Positions 25,950-35,828 are shown, counted from the stretch's first letter. The stretch: 35,916 nucleotides of DNA from an uncultured Methyloversatilis sp. (GCA_964471725.1 CAYYHO010000001.1:1-35916), one strand, 5' to 3'. Numbers and translations are program-made. The notes: generated by a model not told the origin, from the letters alone.

Positions 25950-27293
25950 ATGCTCAACTCTTATCAATTCAACACAGCGCAACTTAACAACACTGGATCA
26001 AGTCCGGTGAATAAGAACGTAAGGTACGTGCTCGACCTGTTTGGATTGATAGCAAAACCGATCACATACCTCTTTGACGAGTTCATCACTGTGCTGAACG
26101 TGAGAACATATCTCCTCGATATTAGGAATCTTGCAACAAAGATTGAGACGTATGTGTTCGATGTTTGGAATCTTGCAACGAAATCTCTGACATACCAGCT
26201 CGATATCAGAAATCTGGCGACAAAAGCACTGACCTATGTCTTGGACATCCGGAACTTAGCAACGAAAACCGTAACTTACCTGCTAGACGAATTCGTTCGA
26301 GCAACAAAGACAATAACCTACGTGTTCGACATCATCGGGGGAGCTTTCATCACGATGACGTATAAGCTGGACATCCGAAATCTGATTGCAAAGTACCCGA
26401 GCTATGTGCTCGATATCCTGATCACTCTCGGAAAGCAGTGGACGTACAAGTTCGACAACTTCCTGTCCGCAATCCGAACCACCATCTACCAATTCGACAT
26501 CAGAAATCTTGCAACAAAGATCGAGACATACCTGCTCGATGTTGGTGACGCAGTCGCAAAGATGCTGACCTATAAACTCGATATCCTAAACTTGGCCAGC
26601 GAGACCATGACGTACCTCCTCGACATACGAAGTCTCGCATCAAAGGTATGGACATACGTGCTGGATATCAGAAACCTTGCGACCAAGAATCTGCAATACG
26701 TGCTGGATATTCGAAGTCTTATAGCAAAAATAGAAACGTACTTGTCCGACATCTTGCTGAACGTGCAAAAGCAGATGACTTACTTGTTCGATATCACGAG
26801 CTTTGTTGCTCGAACGCTGATCTATAAGCTCGACATCAACGCACTCGTGGCCAAGATCGAAACGTACAAGCTCGACATCAGAATTCTTATAGCCAAGCTG
26901 GAAACCTACCTCCTCGACATACGCCAATTTGCTGTTAAGTCGATGACATACGTGATGGACATCCTCATCACTCTGAACAAAACGTGGACATACCGCTTCG
27001 ACATTCTGATCACACTCGGCAAGCAATGGACATACCTGTTGGATATCCGAGGGCTGATAGCAAAGACCCTGCGATACGTGTGGGATATCTGGAAAATTCC
27101 GGCTGGCGTAAAAATCGCCGTCCAACTCGTATCAGCGAAATTATCAATCCTGATGCTCTCGGCAAGAGAAACATTGGGGCTTGTCACTGCCAAGCCAGGC
27201 ATTGAGGTCAAAACGGCTCGGCAAGATCAGAAACTGCAAACCGCAAAGACAGATATGACTTTGCCGGGAAAGAAACAAGACATAAACCTATGA
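25950..27293 (+). CDS. 14-aa tandem repeat protein, probable fibre
   Basis: 25 full copies plus a partial copy of Yx(L/F)DIxxLxxKxxT. Confidence 0.8.
   Translation: MLNSYQFNTAQLNNTGSSPVNKNVRYVLDLFGLIAKPITYLFDEFITVLNVRTYLLDIRNLATKIETYVFDVWNLATKSLTYQLDIRNLATKALTYVLDIRNLATKTVTYLLDEFVRATKTITYVFDIIGGAFITMTYKLDIRNLIAKYPSYVLDILITLGKQWTYKFDNFLSAIRTTIYQFDIRNLATKIETYLLDVGDAVAKMLTYKLDILNLASETMTYLLDIRSLASKVWTYVLDIRNLATKNLQYVLDIRSLIAKIETYLSDILLNVQKQMTYLFDITSFVARTLIYKLDINALVAKIETYKLDIRILIAKLETYLLDIRQFAVKSMTYVMDILITLNKTWTYRFDILITLGKQWTYLLDIRGLIAKTLRYVWDIWKIPAGVKIAVQLVSAKLSILMLSARETLGLVTAKPGIEVKTARQDQKLQTAKTDMTLPGKKQDINL
26025..27089 (+). repeat. Coding 42-bp degenerate tandem repeat
   Basis: Exact 14-codon period without indels. 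Confidence 0.85.
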
Positions 27294-27604
27294 GCATAAA
27301 AATCGTACAAAACGACACTCGTCCTCCACTCGAATTCACCCTGACGCAAGACGGTGCGCCGGTGGATTTAACCGGATGCACGGTGAAGTTTTACATGAAG
27401 GACGCAACCACTGGATCGGTAAAGATCAACGGTGCAACCTGCACCATTACCGATGCCACCAAAGGCAAGTGCCGGTACAGCTGGACGGGATCAGACACCA
27501 ACACGGTCGCAACGTATCTCGGTGAGGTCGAGGTTACGTTTGCCGACGGCAAAATCCAGACCGGCTACAAACAACTATCAATCATCATTCGTGATGACAT
27601 CTAA
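27290..27604 (+). CDS. BppU-N-like Ig-fold structural protein
   Basis: IVQNDTRP...PVDLTGCTVKF...GKCRYSW...YLGEVEVTFADG. Confidence 0.75.
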   Translation: MSIKIVQNDTRPPLEFTLTQDGAPVDLTGCTVKFYMKDATTGSVKINGATCTITDATKGKCRYSWTGSDTNTVATYLGEVEVTFADGKIQTGYKQLSIIIRDDI

Positions 27605-27609
27605 AACCT

Positions 27610-28242
27610 ATGACCAGAGGCGATATTAAAAAAGGAATAAAAAACGAAGTCGATGACCAGACTGTCGATGACACCCTGCTCAACACGTGGGTGCAGAAAG
27701 CTGATGAAAAGGTTCAGGGTTGGCGACCGCCAAACGATCAAAACCAGACGTTTGACTACTGGGACTACCTCAAGACCGAACAGCCGTACACGACTGTTGC
27801 CAATCAGACGAAATACCCGGTCCCCGAAAACTTTCGGGCGTTTATGGAATTAAAAGTCGGCACTGACACACAACCCTATAAACTGATCGACTTCCGAAAA
27901 CGAAGCGACTACACCAACCATGCGGTTTACCTGCTCGGAGGTTCGTTTTACCCGATAGCAATACCGACCAAAGACGGCGACAGCATGAATCTGGTGTTTG
28001 TGAGAATCTCGGATGATTTTGCATCCGACAATGACGAGCCGGAGGTAGAAAAGCTCTATCACCAAGCGTACATCGAGTGGGGAAAAAAGATGTACTACAA
28101 CCAGCAAGGCGATACCGAGCTGGAACGCCAAGCAGAAGATAATTTTGAAAAAATAATGATCGGCAAATGGCGAGATCAAGAGATTGCCCGAATGGCCGCG
28201 GCTTCAGATCAAGCCGAGATTCCAAGAAGCAGTCTCGTATAA
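27610..28242 (+). CDS. Head-tail adaptor protein
   Basis: MTRGDIKKGIKNEVDD N-terminal helix, TVANQTKYPVPENF, YPI; position before the nozzle. Confidence 0.7.
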   Translation: MTRGDIKKGIKNEVDDQTVDDTLLNTWVQKADEKVQGWRPPNDQNQTFDYWDYLKTEQPYTTVANQTKYPVPENFRAFMELKVGTDTQPYKLIDFRKRSDYTNHAVYLLGGSFYPIAIPTKDGDSMNLVFVRISDDFASDNDEPEVEKLYHQAYIEWGKKMYYNQQGDTELERQAEDNFEKIMIGKWRDQEIARMAAASDQAEIPRSSLV

Positions 28243-28249
28243 AACCACT

Positions 28250-29986
28250 ATGTCACTCGCAAAGAAAATTTGGAGAATATCACGCTTTCATCTCGGACTG
28301 GGCAATCTCAATGCCGAGGGAATGTTTTGGTGGTCGCAAGGACTGGACTTTGAAGCATCGCCACCATTCCTGCGAGTGGCATCCAAGATGTTCAAAGAAG
28401 CCGACAGTTCATCCGTTCCCACACTGGCTGACGTGTACTGGGGCACAATCTTCGACAGCACCAACTACGTCAACAACATGCTCGACGGCAAGATATTTCG
28501 CTACAACTACCCAAGCTGGACTGAAGTGCATGACAATGTGAACGCTTGGGGAGGACTGGGACTGTTCGGTGACAGCCAAATCGATAACTATGTCGAGAAG
28601 GGATATTTATATTACGCCTCAAACGGATACGCCGGTCGGTATGATGCCAACGCCGCCTCGTGGAATGACTCATGGCAGAGTTTCGCAGTATCAAACAATG
28701 CCGAACTGTGTCCGATAAATAAGTTTCTAAAATTTGTCTGCTTCGGAAATCAAAGATACTTGGCCGTGTGGGATCAGGGTGCGAGCTCGTGGAATTCAAC
28801 CCGTATCACCCTGCCACTCGGATACAAGATCAAGTGGCTTCAACCGCTTACCGACTATCTCGTCATTTGCGCTCATCACAATGCCTTCGGATCGGCTCTC
28901 TTTTTCTGGGACGGCTACTCGCAAACCTACAACCGAGTAATCCAACTGCCGCAAGTCCGAGCACTGGCCGGAACAGTCGATAAGAACACTCTCTACGTGA
29001 TTACGAGTGACGGCTGGATTAACGCATTCAACGGAGTTGGTCTCGTAAAGCTCGCCAGATTCCCGGACATCCAGCTTGATGCCAACTATGCCAGCCTCTT
29101 AAGCATCAATCCGGACGCATTCAAAGTTTTTCAAGGAGTGCTTCTCATTGGAAAAGGCGCGAGCGGATACGACATGTCCAAACGATTCATACCGGGAGGC
29201 ATCTGGGTTTTTAACCCTGTCACCAGAGCTCTTTATTTCAAACACACGATGTCCAACAACTCAATCACCAATGCTAGTGGCTTTGGAGTGATCAGTGTTG
29301 GAAGCATTCTTGTCGACACCGGTGGCCAGATTTTCCGAGCCGCTTGGTACAAAGGCGGTGGCTCCGGTGCATACGTCATCGATGCCTCAATGGATCAAGG
29401 AAGCGCGCGACCGTACAACTGGGGCGCAATTTTGGTAACACCACTGCTCGATGACGAGCCGTATCTCCGTAAACGATTTAAGCAAGTGATCATGAATTTC
29501 TGGAAGCCGCTTATAAACACGAGCTTTGCAAGAATCGTGATTAAGTACAACACGTCCGAGCAGTATCAAAAAAGCACCTTCTACGCGACCGGCGGATCAA
29601 GCACGACCATTAACGTGTCGTTCGTTCAGACATCGTGGGAGGTTGGCGACGAGGTGACGGTACTTTCCGGAGGTGGGGCCGGACAGATTCGCCACATCGC
29701 CGCCATAGACACCGTGAACAAAATACTCACGGTAGACGAAACGCTCTACAACGGCGAGAGCTACGACAGCAATTCCTACATTTTGCTCTCCTCATTCAAA
29801 AAGATTGCCACGATCAAGGGGAGCGATTATCCGGCGGCAGTTAACAAACTGCTCCGGTTCAATGCGAGGTCGAAAAAGATTCAGTTAAAAATTGAGGTCT
29901 GGTCACCATCGGGATTTATTGGCGAGTGGGATATGGGAATTTCCGATATCTCAACCGTGTACATCCCTGATCGAATAATTAAATAA
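28250..29986 (+). CDS. Tail nozzle / stabilisation-like beta-propeller protein (start revised from 28184)
   Basis: Aromatic beta-rich protein, FFWDG, TPLLDDEPYLRKRFKQV; ATG at 28250 has AACCACTATG context and removes the overlap with the adaptor. Confidence 0.7.
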   Translation: MSLAKKIWRISRFHLGLGNLNAEGMFWWSQGLDFEASPPFLRVASKMFKEADSSSVPTLADVYWGTIFDSTNYVNNMLDGKIFRYNYPSWTEVHDNVNAWGGLGLFGDSQIDNYVEKGYLYYASNGYAGRYDANAASWNDSWQSFAVSNNAELCPINKFLKFVCFGNQRYLAVWDQGASSWNSTRITLPLGYKIKWLQPLTDYLVICAHHNAFGSALFFWDGYSQTYNRVIQLPQVRALAGTVDKNTLYVITSDGWINAFNGVGLVKLARFPDIQLDANYASLLSINPDAFKVFQGVLLIGKGASGYDMSKRFIPGGIWVFNPVTRALYFKHTMSNNSITNASGFGVISVGSILVDTGGQIFRAAWYKGGGSGAYVIDASMDQGSARPYNWGAILVTPLLDDEPYLRKRFKQVIMNFWKPLINTSFARIVIKYNTSEQYQKSTFYATGGSSTTINVSFVQTSWEVGDEVTVLSGGGAGQIRHIAAIDTVNKILTVDETLYNGESYDSNSYILLSSFKKIATIKGSDYPAAVNKLLRFNARSKKIQLKIEVWSPSGFIGEWDMGISDISTVYIPDRIIK

Positions 29987-29993
29987 AAAATAT

Positions 29994-30275
29994 ATGCCTG
30001 ACGAAACAACAACACCAAATACCGCAGAAGCGACTCCGGCCGCAGAGGAAATAAAGCCAGTGGAGGCACCACCTCCGGTGGAAAAGCAAAAGTTTACATT
30101 GCAAAGGATCGATGCCGATAACGTGAAAAAGATTGACTCACGGCCGGACGTGACAGTGATCAATATCCCTGCACTGCAAAAAGAAAAAGAGAGTATTGAG
30201 GCGACAATTACCAAATTCAAAACGCAACTCGACCAGATTAATGAGGTCTTGGACGAGTATAAAAACCTAGCCTAA
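29994..30275 (+). CDS. Hypothetical protein with coiled-coil C-terminus
   Basis: 93 aa, tightly packed in the operon. Confidence 0.65.
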   Translation: MPDETTTPNTAEATPAAEEIKPVEAPPPVEKQKFTLQRIDADNVKKIDSRPDVTVINIPALQKEKESIEATITKFKTQLDQINEVLDEYKNLA

Positions 30276-30280
30276 CAACC

Positions 30281-30475
30281 ATGAACGAAGATAAAAACAC
30301 CAATGATCCGAACTTGGGGTCGATCCTGAGACTCCTCCGTGACATTCCGATCCTCGACGTTGCGCCAACCGATACGCCACGAACGCCGATCAGCTTTGCG
30401 CTGTACGAGAATGGCGGCACACGCCGGTTCTACATTTTCTTCAATGGCAACTGGAGGTATGTAACCCTGACTTAA
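30281..30475 (+). CDS. Small hypothetical structural protein
   Basis: 64 aa, RRFYIFFNGNWRYV; tightly packed. Confidence 0.65.
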   Translation: MNEDKNTNDPNLGSILRLLRDIPILDVAPTDTPRTPISFALYENGGTRRFYIFFNGNWRYVTLT

Positions 30476-30479
30476 ACCT

Positions 30480-31811
30480 ATGGCAACAATCACCATCCAA
30501 AAAGGTCAAACCTTATCGGGAATCGCCAAAGCACAAGGCACGACGGTAGATGCCCTGCTTAAAGCCAACCCGACTATCAAGAATCCGAACCTTATTTACG
30601 CCGGATCGGCTTTGAACTTGCCCGAAGCACCGAAACCCACGCCCGTTGCCCCGGGGGCGAGCGGTTCAACCCAACCTGCACCTGCGGCACCTTCTACCCC
30701 CGTAACGACCCGTGTTGACCAAATTTCGAGCCCGGGGCCGAGCGGAATCCCAGCCAATACCAGCATGTATGGAGCTGATGTGCCTTCTAACACCTCTTTG
30801 CTCCAAAAATACCGGTCCGAACTGGGACTCGATACTGCACTTAAAAGCATGCAGGATAGCCAGACTTCCTACCTCGACACACTTAAGAATTTGCCGAAAA
30901 AATCAGACCTCTATAAGACCGAGCGCACGAATCGAGGCATCGATCAGATGCAAACAAACCTGCAGAGCTTAGATGATCGCCTCGCCAAGATGGAGGAAGC
31001 TATCAACGCTTCGGAAAAAGATATTCGTGACCGAACCATCGCAAGCGGTGGCATGGTAACGGAAAGTCAAACGCAAAGATTGGTGGCATCAGAAAAGAAT
31101 CCATTGATCGATGAATATCGAAAGTTATTGTCTGAACGTAACCAGCTCGCAAACAAATTAGGAGTAGCCGATGCTTCTGCCAAAGATGCGGCCGGTATGG
31201 CATACGAGGATTCAACACTTCCACTCAATGTCGCAGAAAAGACGCTCGGCTTCCAAAAGGATCAGTATAGCGTACTCGGAGATCTTCTAAGCCAAGCATT
31301 CGGCGCATCAGAAAAAGATGTCGCAAATATTATCGATGCCGCCAAGTACGGCAAAGAACAAGAAAAGAAAGACGCTCAAGACGTGATCGACCGAGCAATT
31401 AAACTCGCAAATCTGGCGAATGACACTCCAGCCGGAGTGACGTACGACATCGGAGGCAATACGGTCGTCGGCCGTAAAGCACCGAGCGGATCGGACGGAG
31501 GCGTTGCATCAAGCGATGTCGAAGCATACGCATTGGAACTTCTAAACAATCCAAACTTCCAGATCAGCAACGTGCCACAGAAAATCAGAGCACAAGTTCT
31601 CGCAAAACGAGACTCGATAGTGAATGAAGCGAACGCGCAACAACAAGCTGACGCTCAAGCCGCTGAAGCTCTTAAAGCGAGCCAACCACCTTTAACAGCT
31701 CATGACTTCGGTGCTGGGGTCAAAGATGTATTCACTCAAAAAATTCCGAGCCTTGCGAAAGCAGGATATACGAGCACCAAGAACTTCTTCAAGGGGCTAT
31801 TCGGAAAATAA
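30480..31811 (+). CDS. LysM-domain coiled-coil protein (probable internal virion/ejection protein)
   Basis: ITIQKGQTLSGIAKAQGTTVDALLKANPTIKNPNLIYAGSALNLP followed by a P-rich linker and helical region. Confidence 0.8.
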   Translation: MATITIQKGQTLSGIAKAQGTTVDALLKANPTIKNPNLIYAGSALNLPEAPKPTPVAPGASGSTQPAPAAPSTPVTTRVDQISSPGPSGIPANTSMYGADVPSNTSLLQKYRSELGLDTALKSMQDSQTSYLDTLKNLPKKSDLYKTERTNRGIDQMQTNLQSLDDRLAKMEEAINASEKDIRDRTIASGGMVTESQTQRLVASEKNPLIDEYRKLLSERNQLANKLGVADASAKDAAGMAYEDSTLPLNVAEKTLGFQKDQYSVLGDLLSQAFGASEKDVANIIDAAKYGKEQEKKDAQDVIDRAIKLANLANDTPAGVTYDIGGNTVVGRKAPSGSDGGVASSDVEAYALELLNNPNFQISNVPQKIRAQVLAKRDSIVNEANAQQQADAQAAEALKASQPPLTAHDFGAGVKDVFTQKIPSLAKAGYTSTKNFFKGLFGK

Positions 31812-31817
31812 AACACT

Positions 31818-34634
31818 ATGGCCTACATTAAAGACCCTACAACCGGAAAATACATAAAGACGGATACTCCGATAAAATCGGTTGCGCCGATTAATGTGCC
31901 ATCCGCTCCGCTATCTGCGCCAGCCGTAAAGTACGGCAAAGATGCCAGTGGAAAGTACACGACCGTATCAACTGACGGTTCGGATGCGATGCCTACGAAA
32001 CCCAAAGTCACCACGGTTGCTGGACTGCAAGACTACGCCGCACAACAAGGCGTGGATGTATACAACGCCCAGCCGAAAGAATCTGTACTGCAACGACTCC
32101 TCCACTTACTCAACACCGGCGCATACGCTGTCGGTGGCCTGATCAGTGGCAAAGGAATAATGAGAGGCATCCGAGAACACACTCTGCCGTCCGAAGCTCT
32201 AGGAATAAAGAATCCCATCGGCGGCTTTATCGCTGACGTTCTGCTTGATCCGACTACGTATATAACGTTCGGCTACGGGGCCGAAGCAAAGCTGGCCACC
32301 AAAGCCGGTGAGGTCGCATTAAGCAAAGCCGGTACAACTCTTCTCAAAGACTCAATCTTAAAGCTCGGCGAGGAAGCCGGTCGAAAAGCCGTGGCCGTAA
32401 AAGTGCTTGAGGAAGGCGGCGAGAAGTTTCTTGCCAAAGATAGCCTCAAGTTCATGGGTAAGCAGATACTGCCTCGAGCAGTAGTGACCGCACCATTTCG
32501 AGCCGCAGATACCATAGCTGAGAAAACACCGGTCGTTGGCAAACTCTACCAAGGCGCAAAAGACTTGGCAGGTAAGGCGTTTGTGCCTTTCAAAGCGATC
32601 AAAGAAATGCCCGGCGGTATCGGCCAAGATTATCTCGATCGATTCACCGCATTCAGCAAAGGCACCAGAGCCGAGGTAAGCAAAGCTGTCGAGGAAGCGG
32701 CCGCACTTGGCAAGACGGCTAAAAAAGAACTCGGCAACACTGCTGGAATCGAGATTGGCAAAATGCTTGAAGCCCCAATAGCGAAAGATGCCGCACAAGT
32801 TGCTGAAGCCCCAAAGACCGTAATCGACTCAATCATGGAAAATATCCGAGGCCAGCATGCGAACTTTGCCACGATAGAAAAAGAAAAAGGAATACTCGAT
32901 ACCGAGCTTCCGGATTACGTGCGCCACTACCTGACACCGGAGGGTCGTGAGTTCCTGAATAAGACCGGCATGAATATAACGGCCGAACTCAACAAACCGC
33001 TTCGTGTTAAAAATCCATTCGCAAAAACAAGACAGCTCGACGGCACCATTGAGGATATCAACAAATATTTTGAAGGACGATATGGAGTGAAGCTCTTTGA
33101 GCCGGACGCATTCAAAGCATTTGCCGCCCGTAAAGCAGAACACATCAAAGCTGTAAATACCTACGACTTCTTAACCAATGTCGGCAAAGATTTTGGTAAA
33201 CAGGCCGAAGTAATCACTAAAGAAGTAAAGAATCCGATCACCGGCAAACTTACCACTAAAGAAGTGATCAAGCCTATTTTTGAGAACGGCATGAAATATG
33301 TCGAAAGTTCAGTGCCGCAACTCAAAGGAACATTGTTGCCAGAGCAGATCGCAAAACACGTAGACGACACTTATAAGACCCTTACGAATGAGGAAGCCAC
33401 AAAGAAATTCCTCGGCCTCTACGACAAAGTACTCGGTTTTTGGAAAGGATCGGTAACCGGATGGTTTCCGTCATTCCATACCCGAAACTCCATTGGCGGC
33501 ATGTTCAACAACTGGATTGCTGGAGTAAAGAGCCCTGCAAGATATCTGCAAGGCGACCAGATTGCTCGAGGTCTTGAAGGGACGATCACTACCAAACTAG
33601 GCACCAAATATTCGTATGGCCAAATCCGTGAATTGGCCAACAAACTGGGAGTCACCGGACAGCCCGGGTATTTGGATGTAATGCGTGAGGTCGAAAAAGA
33701 CATCGGGAAAGGGCCGGTATCCAAGCTTATGGATGCGCCCAAGCATGCGATGGAAATCGTGGAAAACCGATTACGACTGCCGCTCTTCGTAGATCGCCTG
33801 ATAAAAGGCGATGCTCCGGAGCAAGCCGCAAAACAGGTATTCCAATTCCACTTCGACTATGCGCCTGAAGCGTTGACCGGCTTTGAGCAAAACATAATGA
33901 AGCGACTGTTGCCATTCTACCGATGGACTCGAGGCAACATACCACTTCAGCTTGAACAGATGGCAAAACAGCCCGGCAAGTATGGAGCGATCGGTAAGCT
34001 CCTAGAAAACCTGCAGGGCGATAATAAACAAAAAGCTAAAGAGGAATTTGCCGCCTTACCGCCATACATGCGAGAAGGTCTGCCGGTCCGACTTGGCGAA
34101 AAGAACGGCTTCTCGCAGTACCTGTACGGACTAGGATTGCCCGTTGAGGATGTCAACCGTATCTGGAAAGGAGATGCGAAAAGAACCGTTGCCAGCATGG
34201 TCGGTGAACTATCTCCGCTTCTGAAGTATCCAATCGAAGTCGGCACCGGACAAAACCTCTTCACCGGCGAACCAATTGAAGCAAGCAACCGAGTGTTTCC
34301 ATTCGTGAGCTCCGTACCGGGATTAAGAGACTGGCTCGAGGTAACCGAACATAAAAACAAAGACGGGTCGGTGAGCTACCGAGGCAATGCCTATAAACTC
34401 CACTTCCTAAACACTGCGCTTGGCCGGTTTTACAACACGGCCGGGAAGCTGACTGATGAAAACACATCCGGTGCTGTGAAGTTTCTGTATGGATTGATTG
34501 GCGCAAAAGCGAAAAACGTAGACATCGAAAAAGAAAAGTTTTACCGACAACAAGAACTCCAAAATCGACTAGAGCAAGAATTGGAAGCCAGAGGTCTGAT
34601 CAACAAGTTTGAGAGAGCCTACGTGCCGAAGTAA
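31818..34634 (+). CDS. Large helical ejection/polyvalent-like virion protein
   Basis: 938 aa; LLDPTTYITFG, FHTRNSIG, FDY...FEQNIMKRLLPFYRW motifs of podovirus-like ejection proteins. Confidence 0.65.
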   Translation: MAYIKDPTTGKYIKTDTPIKSVAPINVPSAPLSAPAVKYGKDASGKYTTVSTDGSDAMPTKPKVTTVAGLQDYAAQQGVDVYNAQPKESVLQRLLHLLNTGAYAVGGLISGKGIMRGIREHTLPSEALGIKNPIGGFIADVLLDPTTYITFGYGAEAKLATKAGEVALSKAGTTLLKDSILKLGEEAGRKAVAVKVLEEGGEKFLAKDSLKFMGKQILPRAVVTAPFRAADTIAEKTPVVGKLYQGAKDLAGKAFVPFKAIKEMPGGIGQDYLDRFTAFSKGTRAEVSKAVEEAAALGKTAKKELGNTAGIEIGKMLEAPIAKDAAQVAEAPKTVIDSIMENIRGQHANFATIEKEKGILDTELPDYVRHYLTPEGREFLNKTGMNITAELNKPLRVKNPFAKTRQLDGTIEDINKYFEGRYGVKLFEPDAFKAFAARKAEHIKAVNTYDFLTNVGKDFGKQAEVITKEVKNPITGKLTTKEVIKPIFENGMKYVESSVPQLKGTLLPEQIAKHVDDTYKTLTNEEATKKFLGLYDKVLGFWKGSVTGWFPSFHTRNSIGGMFNNWIAGVKSPARYLQGDQIARGLEGTITTKLGTKYSYGQIRELANKLGVTGQPGYLDVMREVEKDIGKGPVSKLMDAPKHAMEIVENRLRLPLFVDRLIKGDAPEQAAKQVFQFHFDYAPEALTGFEQNIMKRLLPFYRWTRGNIPLQLEQMAKQPGKYGAIGKLLENLQGDNKQKAKEEFAALPPYMREGLPVRLGEKNGFSQYLYGLGLPVEDVNRIWKGDAKRTVASMVGELSPLLKYPIEVGTGQNLFTGEPIEASNRVFPFVSSVPGLRDWLEVTEHKNKDGSVSYRGNAYKLHFLNTALGRFYNTAGKLTDENTSGAVKFLYGLIGAKAKNVDIEKEKFYRQQELQNRLEQELEARGLINKFERAYVPK

Positions 34635-34638
34635 TCAC

Positions 34639-34866
34639 ATGGACAAAGATACCTACCAAAACAAACTCCAAGATGAACGGCTTGATCGACTGGAGGGCTC
34701 TGTAAACGAGATCAAAGACAACCATCTGCCGCATATCCAGACCGACCTAACCAAAGTCAGTACGGATGTTGATTGGCTCAAGCGTTTCTTTTGGATTATC
34801 GCAACTGCATCCATCGGCGGGCTCATAACAGCAATCATCAACTTACTACTAACCATTAATAAATAA
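34639..34866 (+). CDS. Coiled coil + single TM lysis-module protein (start revised from 34609)
   Basis: ERLDRLEGSVNEIK...FFWIIATASIGGLITAIINLL; precedes the amidase. Confidence 0.65.
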   Translation: MDKDTYQNKLQDERLDRLEGSVNEIKDNHLPHIQTDLTKVSTDVDWLKRFFWIIATASIGGLITAIINLLLTINK

Positions 34867-34868
34867 CT

Positions 34869-35441
34869 ATGAATATCATTCAAAAGAAATCATCGAACTT
34901 CTGGGTGGGACGAAAAGGTTACCGACCGGAAGCGGTCGTCGTCCATATCATGGACGGTACACTATCCGGAACTGATTCGTGGTTTGCCAACCCGACTTCG
35001 CAAGTAAGTGCTCACTACGGGATCGGCAGAAACGGCGAAGTCCACCAGTACGTGCAAGAAGCCGATGCCGCCTGGCATGCTGGCCGAGTAGATGCACCAG
35101 TCTGGAAACTTATAAGGCCGAATGTTAACCCAAACCTCTACACGATCGGCATTGAGCACGAGGGCAAACCAAACGACGTATGGACTGAATCCATGAAGCA
35201 AGCAAGCGCGATCTTAATCCGTGATATCTGCCAGAGGTGGCATATCCCGATTGATAGAGATCATGTCATTGGCCACTTTGAGATTTTCTCAAAGAAGCCA
35301 AATTGTCCGGCAAGCAATAAAGCGATACTCGATGAGCTGGTGACGCTTGCCCAATTGCCATCCCAAAATGCCAATCCAACCATCGAGGACGGTGTGAGGA
35401 AAATCGAGGAAGGATTGGAAATCATTAAAAGAGCGTTCTAA
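34869..35441 (+). CDS. N-acetylmuramoyl-L-alanine amidase (Amidase_2) endolysin
   Basis: VVVH, SAHYGI, AWHAG, IGIEHEG, IGH...CP. Confidence 0.92.
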   Translation: MNIIQKKSSNFWVGRKGYRPEAVVVHIMDGTLSGTDSWFANPTSQVSAHYGIGRNGEVHQYVQEADAAWHAGRVDAPVWKLIRPNVNPNLYTIGIEHEGKPNDVWTESMKQASAILIRDICQRWHIPIDRDHVIGHFEIFSKKPNCPASNKAILDELVTLAQLPSQNANPTIEDGVRKIEEGLEIIKRAF

Positions 35442-35446
35442 CCACT

Positions 35447-35665
35447 ATGACAACACCACAAAAAGAAGCACTGAAGCACCTTGCGATCGTTTTCTTTTAC
35501 TCGGCCGTATCCTCCACCATACCGCTGGTTATCGCATATATCCAGAATGACCCACGCTGGGCGTTGCTGATCCCTGTAATCAATGCCGCATGGTATGCGA
35601 TAAGCCGATACCTCAAAGAGCAAAGATTAATCGATGAGGGCGAGGGCCAGCAAGGAACTCTCTAA
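35447..35665 (+). CDS. Putative holin
   Basis: 72 aa, two hydrophobic helices, charged C-terminus, directly after the endolysin. Confidence 0.7.
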   Translation: MTTPQKEALKHLAIVFFYSAVSSTIPLVIAYIQNDPRWALLIPVINAAWYAISRYLKEQRLIDEGEGQQGTL

Positions 35666-35798
35666 ACTCAGCGGAAATCCGTCCTAATAGACTTTCTGTG
35701 CGAAGTCCGGAACGTCAAAGTAGGCCGGATTTTCCTTGTAAATTCGCCTTAAATGCGTTACAATTTTATCAACGCGATGGAACGAAAACACCCGTACC

Positions 35799-35828
35799 GG
35801 TTCTAACTTCGGGACATCGTCACCGCCA
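35799..35828 (+). other. Candidate att site resembling a tRNA 3' end
   Basis: GGTTCTAACTTCGGGACATCGTCACCGCCA: T-arm-like GGTTC, 7-nt acceptor strand CGTCACC, discriminator G, CCA. Confidence 0.5.

Larger units (their letters stand above)
1..35828. mobile_element. Temperate podovirus-like prophage (left end truncated within the integrase)
   Basis: Integrase, repressor/Cro, replication initiator, TerS/TerL, portal, scaffold, capsid, adaptor/nozzle, amidase and holins in canonical order; no tape-measure or sheath gene recognised; candidate att core at 35817-35828. Confidence 0.9.

Noticed and set aside
26025..27089. 42-bp periodic repeats as a CRISPR array or DGR template/variable repeats
   Set aside because: Repeats are degenerate at synonymous positions, in frame and spacer-less; no cas or reverse transcriptase gene; differences are not adenine-specific
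31818..34634. Tape measure protein or virion RNA polymerase
   Set aside because: No tail tube or chaperone genes, no TMP periodicity, no polymerase motifs seen
35760..35828. Intact tRNA gene
   Set aside because: Only the acceptor 3' strand and CCA are present; no matching 5' GGTGACG strand, D arm or anticodon arm upstream
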